Source: Sphaerodactylus townsendi (taxonomy: Eukaryota). Taken from it: DNA of 64,000 nt. Under the pieces are notes generated by a model. That model was not told the DNA's origin. It saw nothing but the letters and a program-made list of their open reading frames with translations, and ran no database searches. Both the position numbers and the translations under genes were made by a program. The DNA is taken from positions 94,550,001-94,614,000 of the forward strand of contig NC_059430.1 of NCBI RefSeq assembly GCF_021028975.2, in the 5' to 3' direction. The stretch's first letter is position 1; every line of letters begins with the position of its first letter. Positions 25,521 through 39,514 of the stretch are shown piece by piece.

Positions 25521-27434
25521 CAGTCTGAATATGACAGATGACAGCTACTAGATGCTCAGAGAGGTCTAGCCATGTGAACTGTAACATCACTGTACTGGCT
25601 GAGGATTGGAGACAAAGGGGAATCTAGTGTGCCTGTGAGTGGAGAGAAAGAAATTAGCTGTTCAGTTTTATTGTTAGTTTATTATGTTTTAACATAAATT
25701 AGAAGCTACCTTGAACATTACTGTAATGAAGAGGCAAAAATAATTGACTTGAATTAATGTTTCTTAAGCATGCCTCTCCAGGATATAGTCTAAGAGTACA
25801 TGATGCAGAAGCTTAGCCGGCTTGGATCTACTCAGTGGGTAGGCTATGTGTGCAGCCATGACTGAGAAAAGTAGGATATAAGGTAATAAATCAATCAAAA
25901 GTTGCTGAAGTGGACATATTGAGGATGGAAAAGTGCAGCTGACAGGGACTTCTGTCTCTTAGATCACTGCTTTCTGCCCCACCAACAAGCAAATAATGAT
26001 CCCGCCTTGATATGTCCACATGAGTTCTGAGTATTATATGAAGAACAGGAGGACTGCCCGGTAAAAACTTTGCATGTCTAAGCAAATAACTCTTGTAGAA
26101 TGGCAAAGGAGACAAGGATACCAGAAACAGGAGCTACAGGTGTCCAAGATTCATCTAGACCTGTTCCTACCATACTTTTAACTCTTTTCTGTGCCTCCAT
26201 AGGGAAGCTTTAAACAGTATCAAATAATGTGTTTCCATCACTTCATTCTGAAGTAAATTAAACAGGTTTTATTCAGGAAGGTCTTTAAATATATTTAATG
26301 ATATAATTACTGTATTTTAGAGAATCTCTACGTCACGCCTTCAGTGGCATTTTTTAAATATCCCAAATCATACGACTGGCTTTTGTTTCACCCTGCTTTA
26401 ACAATGAGCTGTTTCACAGTCCTATCCAAAGGTTGGGGGGAGGGGGGGAGTAAATCCACCTGTAGGAGTGGCAGTGTGCTGTTGGATTTGGCCTCCCTGA
26501 GGCACTTGCCCAAAGGAGGGTGATTCCACCAGTGTGTGGCTGCTGTATCAATACAAGAGGCATATAAAATACAAAAACCTCTATACAGAATGTACAAAGA
26601 TGGTCCTGTGTTACCAGAATATTGAGGAATGGGAAACCCCCACAAAAGGATGGAAATACTGACTGGAACAATCAGAATAAGAAAACAAAACAACCTTTGA
26701 TCCCATAAGGAAATTATTGTGATAGATTTCATGGCTTGTATTGCCCCACAAGTACATATGTTTGTGTTTTGTTTGTGTTTATTCCTTGTTTGTGTTTATT
26801 CCTGTTCCTTTTTGAATCTACCAACAGTATTCCTCTCAGTCCCATGGCTAATTTTATATACTGGAACATATTTTTGGGGAAGGGACACTACTGCAAGATT
26901 ATTTCTCTCTCTTCTTCCAAATATCAGAACCTTGTTTGCTCTTAGAGTAGTTCGTACTTTTCAACATTTACTGCCATATGGATTGTATACTCCTAAGACC
27001 TTTCCTGCTGTATTCAAAAATTGAGCTTTTAGCTCTACCTTTATAGTCTCTCTCTCACAAGCAGGCAAAAAATTATTCTCAGAACTAATATGTTTAGTTT
27101 ATGAACTACACCATGCCACGGAGAGCACTGATGGAGAGACACATAGCTGACCCCTGTGTGAATAATGGAAGTGACACAACAGGATCATCCAAAGAGAAGG
27201 TACACGTAATCTACCTACTCAAGGCATTCCTCAAGTTTGCAGAAAAATGTGACTTTTTAAATTAACCAACTCCGCCCTCCAGACACACATACCCCAGACC
27301 AAAAATGCCCCAAAAGGAATCGATAGTTGAAAGCAAAGTAATAGATATAGGGGGAAAAGGGGAAGAGAGAAGAAAATGTGCTTAAGTCCCTAAAAGTTTA
27401 TGAGATCATGGAGGGGGAGATGGGATTTTTGAGA

Positions 27435-27684
27435 GTCAGATAGCTTGGTGCAGTGGTTAAGAGAGGGGGACTCTAATCTGGAGAACTGGGCTTGATTCTC
27501 CATTCCTCTACATGAGACCTGCTGGGTAACCTTGTGCCAGTCATAGTTCTCAGAAGTCTCTCGGTCCAAACTATGTCACAAGGTGCCTGTTGTGGGGGCG
27601 GGGGAGGGAGGGAAAGCAATTGTAAGCCACTATGACACGTCTTAAAATAGAGAAAAGCAAGGTATAAAAACCAACTCTTCTTCT
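27435..27684 (+). mobile_element. tRNA-head SINE (Squam3-like)
   Basis: TGGTGCAGTGGTTAAGAG head and AAAAACCAACTCTTCTTC tail. Confidence 0.8.
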
Positions 27685-28994
27685 AAATTGTCTCCCCCTT
27701 CCCCAAATTGTATGAGTATGATGTACGAGTCTGAAATTGTGTGCATCGAGGAATGCTGCTGTAAATTTCGTTGTGCGTGCACAATGACAATAAATGCTTA
27801 TGCTATGCTTATGCTTATGTATTTACCAAAATATCAACCCACTGTCACCAAATTGATCCTGCCCATGCTTACATGACAACAAGTTACAATTCTGAAGTAA
27901 GAAAATATAAGCTACATGCATACAGCTTTTAGTTAACTGGGAAATGAAAACAGGCAAAGACAGAAAGCAGAAATGCTGGAGAGTGAGTGCCTAGGGGTAT
28001 AGATTTTAAAAACTGAGTTAATTACCAATAAGACAGAACCTATTTTACTTTAAGGAAAAACAATCTGAGGAATATGAAGTGGGGAACGACCCCTGTATTA
28101 CAGGGACAGGCATGCAATAAGAATGAATAAACCAAGCACATTCCTTGTCCTAAGGCTCCTTTGGCAGTATATTGCTGTCCTCCCACACCCTAATTTAGGC
28201 AAAGTTAGAGGTTGCATGTATTAAACAGGACAATCTAGTTAGTACAGAAGAGGCTACCTGACAAACAATTCGAGTTAGTGCAAAGGAAAATTTTTTAGGA
28301 CCAAACCGCCCTTGCTAAGCAAGGAGCTCCTTGGAAAAAAATTCAAAATTTTCAATATATTTTTTGGCAGAAACTATGAAGATGCAGTGCAGATAAGGCA
28401 GTATCTTAGTGCAAGATTTTTGGTAGGCGCTAATAGAATCTTGTGAGTTACACAGCACACACACTAGAAAGAAGAGAATTCTCATGTTGTACTTAAATGA
28501 CTGCCCTGAGGCAGGTTTTTAAAAAGCTTATAAAACTCATTCTATACTCATTTTAATTTAGCTCAGCTGTTGACCATTAGTCCATACAGAATGGGATAAC
28601 AGCAGTTCAATGATGCTTAGAGGAAATCTCCAGTTGCAGAAAGTTCCACTGCACTAAGATGTGAAATATTTTCCCAGGCCTCTAATGTGATGTTACAACA
28701 ATCAGCATTAAGTCAGAAACAAATAATATACTTCAACAGCAGATCTCCTTAGATAAAAATTGCAACTTGGCTGGAAAAAAACCGATATAATGTGGTCGGA
28801 AAAGACAAGTCAGGAAGAGGTAAGGAAGCAGAGTATAAAGAAGCAATACTCCATATGCAGATGTTAACACCGTGTGACATGTTTATATTGCAATTTACCT
28901 TGTTGCCAGTCAGACAAAACCAAGGTTTGCAAATGTGGCAAAGTTAACGAGAATGAATGCTTCCAGATGGTTAAAAAAAAATACATGGCCTAGA

Positions 28995-29107
28995 CAGTGG
29001 TGGCCAACCTATGGTGCTTCAGATGTTCAGCTGGAAGGCCATGCTGGCAGGGGCTGATGGGAATTGTAGTCCATGAACATCTGGAGCACCATAGGTTGGC
29101 CACCCCG
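28995..29107. mobile_element. Palindromic hAT MITE
   Basis: CAGTGGTGGCCAACCTATGG...CCATAGGTTGGCCACC; TSD GGCCTAGA/GACCTAGA. Confidence 0.8.
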
Positions 29108-29393
29108 GACCTAGAACTTCCTGAGATGCCCACAGGGCTTTCACAGTGAAAACAAAACACATAGCCTCAGGCTACAGGTAAACTTGTAATGTGTACCTAC
29201 TTCTGCTATCAAGTGGTCTTCTATAGCATGTTTTTTTTTCCCCAGCATGTCTTTAATACCTCGGTTTGATCAATGCTGAAATCTTGCCTAGGAATTGGGG
29301 CATATTTAAAGAAATTACCTGCAATTACTAAGGAGAAGGCTGGTAAGTCTTGCTTGGAAAATGTGTGCTGCCTCTATTAGGGAGAAAAGCAAG

Positions 29394-29527
29394 GGCTCAT
29401 TCTGCACAGCATATTTATAACGAGTTGGAATCGTTATAAACGAATTTGTTTCCCATTTATAAAAAGGGAAAACGAGTTCACTTATAATGATTGCAACCCA
29501 TTATAAATATGCTGTGCGGAATGAGCC
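29394..29527. mobile_element. Palindromic PIF/Harbinger-like MITE
   Basis: TIRs GGCTCATTCTGCACAGCATATTTATAA / TTATAAATATGCTGTGCGGAATGAGCC; 3-bp TSD AAG. Confidence 0.8.
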
Positions 29528-31334
29528 AAGACTTAAATGACATAAATAAATGAAGGTCTAAATGAAGTAAATAAATAAACAAACAAGGCCTTACCTCATG
29601 ACCCGAATATGCTCGATGCTTTCAATGAAAAATATATTTCAAACAAATCTAAGTCAGACCTCTTGCTCCATCTAGTTATTTTCAGTGTCTGCAGCTTTAA
29701 GGCACAGAAACGTCTCCCCCAATCTCTGCTACCTGAGATTTAGCTAGATATGCCAAGGACAGGACTTGGGACCTCTCAGCAAAAGCCTCTCATTTAACAT
29801 GTTAAGTGGTCAAAGCACTTCAAATACAAAGTGGTCAAAGCACTTCAAATGAAGGATTAATGAGATAAGAGCAAGACAGATCAGCACTGTCCTACTATTG
29901 TAGTTTTGAAAGAGGGACTGAAGATGAAACAAAACAGCTCTCCTGTAGCTAACTAGAGATGCTGTGATAACGCTGGATTTGAAAGGTCAGCAGAGACATA
30001 TAAATTTAATAATATTCAGGGAAATCAATATGATTTCCTAATGACCAGCCTTGGCTGGATCATGCCCTTCTTCTATTTTTATTTTAGACAGAATTTAACT
30101 ATTAAGCACTTTAATGTCTGCCTCCCTACATTTTTACCTGCCTTTGGAGCTGCCGAGCAACTCCTCAAATGGCAGCTGTGATCTTGCCACATAGTGTTAG
30201 GACAGCTCATAAGGGAACAGGGATTCTTTAGGTTGTGATATCTGTGCTTGCAGAATTTTGTGGAAGTTTTAATCCTTCATTTTGTTTTGTTTGTTTTTAA
30301 TTCCCCTACAACCCTGGCAATTCTCCCGGGGTTTACAGAAGAATCCCACGCTCTGGATGGCTTTTTTTTTTAACCCACATACCAACAATAAAGTTCCAAA
30401 TTAGATATGAAACCTATGTCTGTAAAGGCTTAATGCAAAAGAATTCAGGGCAGGAAGGTTGTAACAAACCAAACCAAATCTGAACCTTCAGGAATACTTT
30501 ATCCAAAGGATATAATCACAAGGATGAATAAGAGCTCCAGGAAACACATTGTAATCACTAGAAATGTAAAATTCTAATTAAATATCTACACTTCCTCCTG
30601 GCACAATAGTGGAAGATCAACCAATTGAGAGCAGGGTTGGTATATTTTAAAAAAGCATATGTGAAATTAAAGCAGATGGCTAGAAAAACCATATGGAATT
30701 CTGCAGTACACTGCACAAGGAGCTCACACTCAATGGAAAGTACTCAAGAATTTTAGAATTGGTCTCAAAAGCCTGTAGAAATCTGCTATCACAGCTATGT
30801 GACTCTACAAAAATGCATAACAAATGAAGCTGAAGGTTTTATTTGCAGACATCAAACATGGCAACCTGGAGAACAATTTTTTTTTCACAAAAAGTAGAAG
30901 CCACATTTTTAAAAAAAGACAAAACATATTTAACTACCACATGCCATTTTAAGATGACAGACTTAATACACGTAGTCTCAACTCACTTCAGACAAGTGAA
31001 AAATTTCATACACATTTTTAGGAGCAAACTCCACACACTACCTATCAAGGCAATTAAAAGTAACTAGAAAGTGGTGTGTGCCAAATCCTTAACCAATTAG
31101 ATGGGGGAAGGTTTCCAGTAAAATGATGCAAGAAAACCATTAATATTTGGCAATCTAATTTGGCAAAGCCAACATTTAATGCATTATGTATTAGTCACTA
31201 AAAATCTTTAGAGTCTAAACAGCAATTGAAGAAAGCAGCCACTTTTTATCCCAGCAGACTTGTCAATAGTTCCACAAATGCTACACATCTGAAAACTGCT
31301 TTTTTAAACACATAGGAGATTGTGTGTAGTATTT

Positions 31335-31520
31335 GTGGCTAGTGTGGTATAGAAACTGGACTAGAACTGGGGAGTTTCAAGTTCAAATCCACTAGGTGAT
31401 CTCAGACCAGTCATATTGACTCTCATCCTACAAAGCCTCACAGTGTTCTGCAAAGGTCAAAGGGAGAAAAAAAGAACCATGTACCCACCCTGTGCTCACT
31501 GGAGAAAGGTAGGATAAAAG
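31335..31520 (+). mobile_element. Degenerate tRNA-head SINE
   Basis: GTGTGGTATAG...GTTCAAATCC head and SINE-like 3' body. Confidence 0.6.
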
Positions 31521-34500
31521 TTGTAAATCTTTGTCAGTTCTCTTGCAGTCAGTTATGACAGCCCATTTGGGGGACACTAATGTCCCCATTTGTTCATCAG
31601 CAGTTAAACTGGTCCCTTAGGAATGAGCCATCTAAAGAATGAGTTGAAGGCTGTTATAGGCGTGTATCCAGTTGTAACGAGGAATCAACCCTCTTCTTCT
31701 TTCAACACAGTTCAGAGCTGCTCGTTTATTGTACAGCTTGAATTTAAATACACATCTTTGTTATCATTGACATGCTATGCAAAGATTGTTACCACTTTAA
31801 GGACAATCAAAACAGTGTGACTTGAAAGTATACCAACCATGAATGCTTCGATTATCTGCAGCTTCCTTCTCATGTCATGACCTACTAAGCAGGACAGGGG
31901 TCAGAAGACAAGAAACAAGGAAAGGGGACAAACTGTCATATTTTGAGACAGCCCAGATTCCGATTTTAAAAAGGTAATCATCCATTAGCACATAATCATC
32001 TTCTTTCTAGGATGATTGTTTTCAACTTGCCAAGGAGGCACTGCCTGCAGAAACAGTTAGAAATGAAATACTGAGGTGGTAGCAAAAATTACAGTCCAGG
32101 TGAAATTAATGAAACCCATGGCATGTATCCTACCTGATGCTTGAGGAAGTTCCTCCAGCTGAAGAAGTCTTCCTCCAACCTGTGGCTCTTGCACTGAAGG
32201 CAGAACCACTTAAGTTGGAAGAAGGTTCCTTAGACTGGAAGGCTTTAGGCTTAGTGGAGTACATGCCAATGTAATGATCCATCCTGGAGACAAAGGTGAG
32301 GATATGTTCAGTCAGTTGCAAAAGTAACCACCATCAAAGACCTCTGGCATGCCATCCTTCCCTATAAGGCAAAGCTGAGAGGAGACTCAATTGTGTTCTG
32401 GAAGAGCAACTAAAAGAAGAGGAGTTTGTTTTTTACCCTGCTTTCCAACGTGGTTCCAACAAATTCAACAGGATGTCATTGTCATCCCCAGATGATATGC
32501 AAAACTGGCTATTTCAGAAAAGCATCTCATCAGCTTAGATATACTTCCTACCCTTTTGGTCAGAAAAAACACTATGAAGGACATTTTATTAATGTGAATA
32601 ATTCAATAGTCAACATAAAACAGTACATGGAAGAACTGACACAGAGGATGGGATTGCACAACTGGCTAAAGGAACCAATCTATCGGTAGTTGTTCATAAG
32701 AACTTCTAAATATCTGATTTAGGTAAGAGATGGCAAAATGGAAATCTGTGTGATGAATCCAGTTATTTAACACCTGCAAGAGATTGTCTGAGAGATAGTC
32801 TAGACAGACACCAGCATGGCAGATGTCAGCAGCTCTGTTCAAGGCACCACTTATTAACTGGCCAACCAGCCACTTCTCCATTTTCTCAGTGCCAAAAGCA
32901 GACACCCAACTTCTGTGCTATCACAAGCTTTCTTGTGCATCCCTCCCTCAGAATCTGGTAGCTGAGGGCCAGTCTCTCTCAGAAACAACATCTCTCTCTC
33001 AGGTGCACTGCACTAGCTTAGGCCGTATTGGTTTCCAGTTCTCAAGCAACCTCAGGAAAAATCAGACCACCTGAAATGAGAAAGAGGGCCATCCCTGATT
33101 TCAGTATAAAGACATCCAGGCTGTAAAATGTACTTGCCATATTCAGCCATAAAAAGAATTTTCCAGATCACAAGAACTGCTCACAGATGAACTGCTGTTT
33201 GACTACTGCACTGAGAAGACCGAGGAAGGGATTTCAGTTCATCAGTGTTAGCTTAAAAGGTTTTCTGCAAGATTTTAATATCTATCTTCTAAGCATTTGC
33301 GTCTACCTACCACCTACTTCATATACAGACCCTGAGTGAACTATAAATAGAACCAGTACATTATCACAGCTTATGATTTTCAGCAATCTACTTCTCAGTT
33401 CTCTCTAAACATCCAAAATTCTTCCTTTAAGAATGTTTTAGCTGTTACTGTTGAATTCAACATTTTCTTTACTTCCTATAACATGCCTAGGGGGGAAAAT
33501 TCATTCCATTGTCAGTAGAGCTCCATTTTGATTTCAGGAAGGTCAGAATTTTGTGCCAAGAAGAGCATCACCTACTGATATGCCATCCAAAGAAGCAATA
33601 AAAATCAGTTCTTAAAACAACACTTTTGGATTTGCTTTTGATACCATACGGCCTATATAAAGTTATTTTGCCACTCTAAAACTTGTGCAATGTAAAGTAT
33701 GTTTGCCTTTGAAATTTAAATATAATTTGAAAACTCTCATTTCTTAATTAAGTAATCTACAAACACAAATAAAAATGGGAAAGTCATTATAATTTATAAG
33801 TGGCAAATTGGCGACAATGGTAGAGACACAGCAGCAATTTGTAGTACTCCAGGCTAAGAGGAGAAAGATCTGTGAGACTGGGTATGTGGTAGAGTCAGGC
33901 CCACCCTCCTACTTGTGTCTCCACTATACTCTGTTTCTCATAAAGATGTTAGTAGATTGTATATTCCTCTGCAACAGAACAAAGCATGCCAGACCTTCTA
34001 TGAAGTAAAAGGCTCTGCCTGGGTCCCAGTGCTTACCTAGCCCTGCTCCCCTCATCCATTTGAAAGTAAAAATACATTTTGGCACAAATGCCCTTGTATC
34101 AAAGTACCATGTTCAAAAATGCACAAAACAATGGTTTTGACAAAGGCAGTGTGTAAAAATGAATAATTCTCATATTCATTCAGGACTATATTTTAATGTG
34201 GAAGCATATAATTTTCTCAACCGCTGCACCTCAACTGTCTGAACTAACATGTGAAACACAATATAGTGATCGGTGGTCTCCACCCCACAAAACAGGACAT
34301 AAAACCTCTCAAAGCACTGTATGTGCAACTATAACAGGTATTAGAACTGGCAATGTGACTTATGAACCAAAAAGTCTGGCAAATTATTATGAACACAATC
34401 CTTGCTGAAATCACACTGCACAAGTTCTCTATCTTGCTAAGTTTAATGCAGCTTTTATAGCTTGAGTTCTCTTAATGTTTTATGGTGTCCTGTTCATGTT

Positions 34501-35077
34501 GTTGATTCTGACACTACATTTTATTGTATTATATTGATTTCAGTATTTCTGAACTACATTATTACTGGCTTTAAGTGTTGTATAGAAAGAAGATGATTGT
34601 GTGCTAATGGAGGATTACCTTGGGACTAAGGCAATTTATGAATACATAAAATGGCACTTTATATGTAGTCAAGAGCAGGTCATACATGCATGATACACAT
34701 TTGGCTATATGTTGCTTGCTGAAAAAATATTCCCTACTTAAAAAACCAAAAAAACAACAATAGTACTATGGCTTCTCACGTTGATTTTGCAAGCCTCATT
34801 CACTCATGATTTTCAGTGTTGAAAAGCAATCTAATGAAAAGCATAATAAAGAAAAACACTTCAAAAGTTATGCCATTTCTCTTTTTAGATACTGCTTTGT
34901 GCCAGAATTGTTTTCCTTAATTTTGAAATAATTAGTACTCTCACTGCTTTGATAAAAAGTTTATCTGCAAAAAGCAACAGTCAAAAGTCTCTCTCTGGTA
35001 AGGAGCCAGTTTGGCGAAATCAATTCTATAAGGGAAGCCACAATTTGCTAATCTGTTGTAGCAAATTTAAACAAGAG

Positions 35078-35240
35078 ATCAGTAGCACCGTAACACAATT
35101 TTTCCAGCATAAGATCTTTGTGAGTCAGAACACACATCCTTAGATGCATATACATTTGAACCTGAGGAAGTGAGCGCTGACTCATGAAAACTTTATGCTG
35201 GAATAAATTCTGTTAGTTTTTAAAATACTACTGGGCTCCA
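35078..35240. mobile_element. Fold-back Penelope-like terminal remnant with hammerhead-like core
   Basis: Inverted arms (AGTAGCACC...TTCCAGCATAAG...GTGAGTCAG / CTGACTCATGAAA...TTATGCTGGAA...TACTACTGG); core CTGAGGA-stem-GAAA at 35162-35189. Confidence 0.6.
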
Positions 35241-38200
35241 TTTAAGACAGGGAAAACAATCCTGTCAGGAGCCTAACAACAATGATGTTAGTCTCAGGAG
35301 TCCAAGGAAGCGTTGGGCTTGTTTTCTCTTGAACAGCAATTCCAAAACCACCACCACCCTGCCCCCACCCATATAGCAATCTACTTGAGAAATCTGAAGA
35401 GAAATTCCAAATATTGTTTACAGTATGATGGTAGCAGGGTGGGGGCGGGGGGACAGCAGTAAGTAGTTCTTTGGATCTCAGCCTACAAATTTGTAGGCAT
35501 CAGCCCTGCACAGCCTTAAAATATTTTTTAAATTCCCAAGTGCCAAAAAGATGCTTCTAGGTGCTACTAGACAATATTGTGATTTTTCTAGCCTTGAAAG
35601 AAGATAACCTGTTGTAATAGTGCTGGCACTTATTTATATAGTATTTTGAACATCTGCAGCACTTCACACAACATCTGCAGCAGCACAACAACCTTGCAAG
35701 AAATGTGTGCATGACCCTCAGGGCTGAGGGTGAGAGGACAGCTGCGGCAAAAGGAATAGCAGCTTGCCTACAGCCTCCCATTGTCTTTACAGCAGAGGAA
35801 AAATTTGAAGAGGGGAGTTCTCAGCTCACACAGTAACCAAGGATGCAATACCCAACATTAGGTGAAAACAAATAAACTGTTTCAATGCCTGCATAGAGAC
35901 ATTTTGCTTTCCTCTTCTGCCTTTGCTGAAACAGCACACAAGCAGGAACACAAGACATTCAGCCATGTCATGATTTCAAAGTTTGGAACGACTCAGAGAA
36001 ACCACCACCTTTCCCTACATAAACTATAGTATATAAACTGGGGAGAGGGGAGCTTCTTTTTTATTATAAAAAAAAGCAAAAACACAAAGAAAAGTCTCTT
36101 CAAAATGGAGATGTTTCAAGAGATAAAATTCTGGCAATTAATAATTCTAATTACTAGGAATCAGACCAGGAATTACTGCTCAATTGTGAACCTAACACAT
36201 TATGTACTTCTAAAGATTTCTGTGATATGAAAAAAATTAGGCAGACTTGTATTTAAGCTAATATACAAAATATACAGAAAAATTAAAATGCCTAGTTCCT
36301 AATTAGCAGCTGCTGTCAAGAAACAAATTCCTATTTTTTCTCTGGTCATCCGGTTGAAGGGTAGACATGTTAATAATGGCAACTTAGGTGGAAGCCAAAG
36401 CAATATACTCTAGAAATAAAATCAGTGAAAGATGATACTTCTTTTAACTTGTTACTGTTTACCACAAACACCACCAGGAACAGACCTCACAATGACACGT
36501 GGCCCCCTGAACATTTTCCTGAAATGACTGGTTAATCAACACTGTTTTGTTTAAATTTGAACAGAAGCTCTCCCCCCCCCCCCTTCTACCTCTCCATCAG
36601 CTGTGCTGTGGCCACTCAACCAGGATTATTTCTGCAGAATTATTCAAAATAAAGCCAAGCATATTTTACTTTTGGCATGGAAGAATAAACTTCAAGGTGA
36701 TAAATACATTTCATCGCATTAAGGGTTAAGTAAGTGTGGTGAGCCACTATGGGAAAGGTTAATGTCACAAAGTAATCTGCCCGTTAAATTAATCAAATGT
36801 CAACAGCATATGCCAACCAGCTTACTTGTGTTCAGTGAGCAAAAGTCAATCAAAAGCTGACTGCAAGTCTTGTGATGCTGAGACTGGGCAGCAGAAGGAA
36901 ACGGAGCAGGAAAACAACTAACTAAAATGTGTACAGGTATCAGAGTAGAACACTGCTACAAGTACCCAGCATATGACAGGATGCCAAGGTTTGTATAAGC
37001 ATCGTGTCTGAATCACACACAGTAATATTTACTCCTGTCTTCAATAGCATCTAAAAGGGACAAAGGTGGATATCTTGTGCAAAGTGCACACACAAGCTCA
37101 TTTAATCACTTGCACATTTAATCACTTGCCAACAAGTCCACTCGCCCAACTGTAATACTCGCATCATTCACTGTTTGAAAAACACTGTAACTTGATGGAT
37201 CTCACAGAGAATTTCCACAGGCAGAAGGAGAGGGGTGGTTTCTACTGATTCTCCCCTCGTACTGTTCAGAGGGGTATCTTCTGCTCCCCAGGACAGCATT
37301 TCAAGGTATATTTCATGCTTCAGTGGGATGGGGGAGGAGAAAAAGTTGTGTTCTGTGTAGAGCTGTAAAAAAGATTTTCCCCCACCTTTTTTTCAGGAAA
37401 AAACAGAAATTTTGGGGAAAACTGAAACTTATACAGTAATAGTCCAATTAAACCTAAACTAATATTATTGTTTAATGACAAAAAACATCACTTATGGGTC
37501 CATTTTTTTACAAGCAAAACTGCAAATATACCCAATATTTTGGGGGAAGCTGCAAGGAGATGCACCCTATGCTGACTTAGCAAATGTACCTTAATTTTTG
37601 CTATCTAGAAAGTAGAAAAAAGGAAGTTAATCAGGGAACACAACCTTTGTGGAAAATAACACTGGTCAGAAAAAGTGTCAGTAAGGATAACAACAAAGCT
37701 ACATGCTGTTTTCTTCCTTTTGTGGCTACTGGGTAGAGATAACTCAGTTCCCTGAAATTTCAGAGTTTTCTTCTGAGGTTTTGGTGCAGTTCCTGATTTT
37801 CCACCCAGCAAGCTACCTGTCACACATATACTGTGGGTATATGTCTCACAGTGGTTTGAGGGAGAGGTGAAAAAGTCAACCAGGATTAATCAGGTCCAAA
37901 AGGGAACAGAAGGCATGCATTAAGAAGCAATGAAAGCATTCCATGCCCCCCTCTTGCAAAGGTTAGGTATCCTTCTAGGTGCAGAAATGCATCTTGGATG
38001 TAAGAGCGGTATAACTCAACGGTATGCTGCCTTTAAAAACATTTTACTCATTCTAAAAAAATTCATTGGAACCTTCTCAGGTTTTCTTTCTGTCAAATCA
38101 TAATTGACTTTTAGTAACCCCATACGGTATTCAAGCAAGAGTCATTTGGATGTGGTTCACCATTACCTGCCTCCGCATCACGACCCTAGTATTCATTGGA

Positions 38201-39406
38201 GGACTCCCATTCAAATATCAGTCAGGGTTGATGCTGAGTGTGACTGGCCAAAGGTCACCCAGCAAGCTTTCAGAGTGCAAGTGGGAATTTAAACCTGGGT
38301 TTCCCAGGTCCCAGTCTGATATTTTAACCACAACATTCCACTTGTTCTCTGTTTTTCAGTAGTCCCCCAAATTTTCAATTTTTCCATTGGAAAACTGGAA
38401 AAACGACTTGGGGGAAATCTGGTTTTTACAAAATTTCCTTTTTTAAAGACCTTCACATCTCTGTTCCTGTGGGTGATGTCCCTTCCATTCTGTGGGACCC
38501 GAGCCTGTATTTTAAAAAATTCAACTAGCATTGAGATTTAAAGGGAAAATGTCAGCTCAAAATGATTAAAATAAACAAACAAGCAAGCTTTATAGGCTCA
38601 TTTCAAACATAAGCACCCAGCATTCCTATCTGTCCCATGCTGCTGCTGCTGCTGCTAGCGACCATCCCAGCACAGAATAGGAGCACCAGAAACTATGCAA
38701 AGGAGCATGGTGACCTATTCAGGGATGGCAACGGCCGCCTATAATTCATAGGCCTGTTTAAGGAGCCATCGGTTACAAAGCGGTTGCTACTTATTAACCT
38801 TTTGCCTTTTTATAATGTGTGTTCTGATTGTGCTGAAAGGCAAAACACCCACCTTCCCGCACAATCAATTCCCTGAAGAAGGCTGCATCACGTAAGACTT
38901 ACATCTTAATAGTTTATAACTACTCTAGGCCAGCCCTCTTTTATTTTCTTTGCAATGTTTGACAGGCAGAGGCATCTTCCTCATGGATACAACTTGTGGC
39001 TCCCCAAGGTCTTTGTCTGTACCAGCATCAGGGATCATCTTAACAAGTTCTCAAACCATTCTTGTTTTCCAGATGGTATTTTGGGGTTTCTGAAACAGTA
39101 TGGCAATCTTTACTGTAGATATTTTTAAAGAGCCATGTTATCTAATTTGGGTGAATAAATCATCTTTGAAGAAAAAATAGGTTTTGGTAGATTAGTCTCA
39201 TCCTAATTTACTCTTCAGTACAGTTGTTAGGTCAGCAACATCTCTGAAGACAGAAGTCATACTGCATGTCATTCTGAGTATTAATCTGAATTTTTCCTTA
39301 TTGCTCCTTCCCAATCCTCTATGAATCCAGAGCTCCTAAAGGCCTTGCTGATGACAACTACAATTTACCTGCCCAAACTATGCCTCCAAAGTCCCTTTCA
39401 ATTGTA

Positions 39407-39514
39407 CAAAGTGGCTGCATCACAACACAACTAACAAAGCAAGCTACTGGGTACTTATCCCAAAGTGGCTGCATCACAGCACAGCTAACAAAACAAGCTA
39501 CTGGGTACTTATCC
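39407..39514. repeat. 54-bp tandem duplication
   Basis: CAAAGTGGCTGCATCACA...GGGTACTTATCC occurs twice (39407, 39461) with few mismatches. Confidence 0.9.

Noticed and set aside
26388-27024. Cluster of ORFs on both strands in MACO1 intron 1
   Set aside because: No recognisable protein or splice signals. Possibly an old LINE remnant, but too weak to call.
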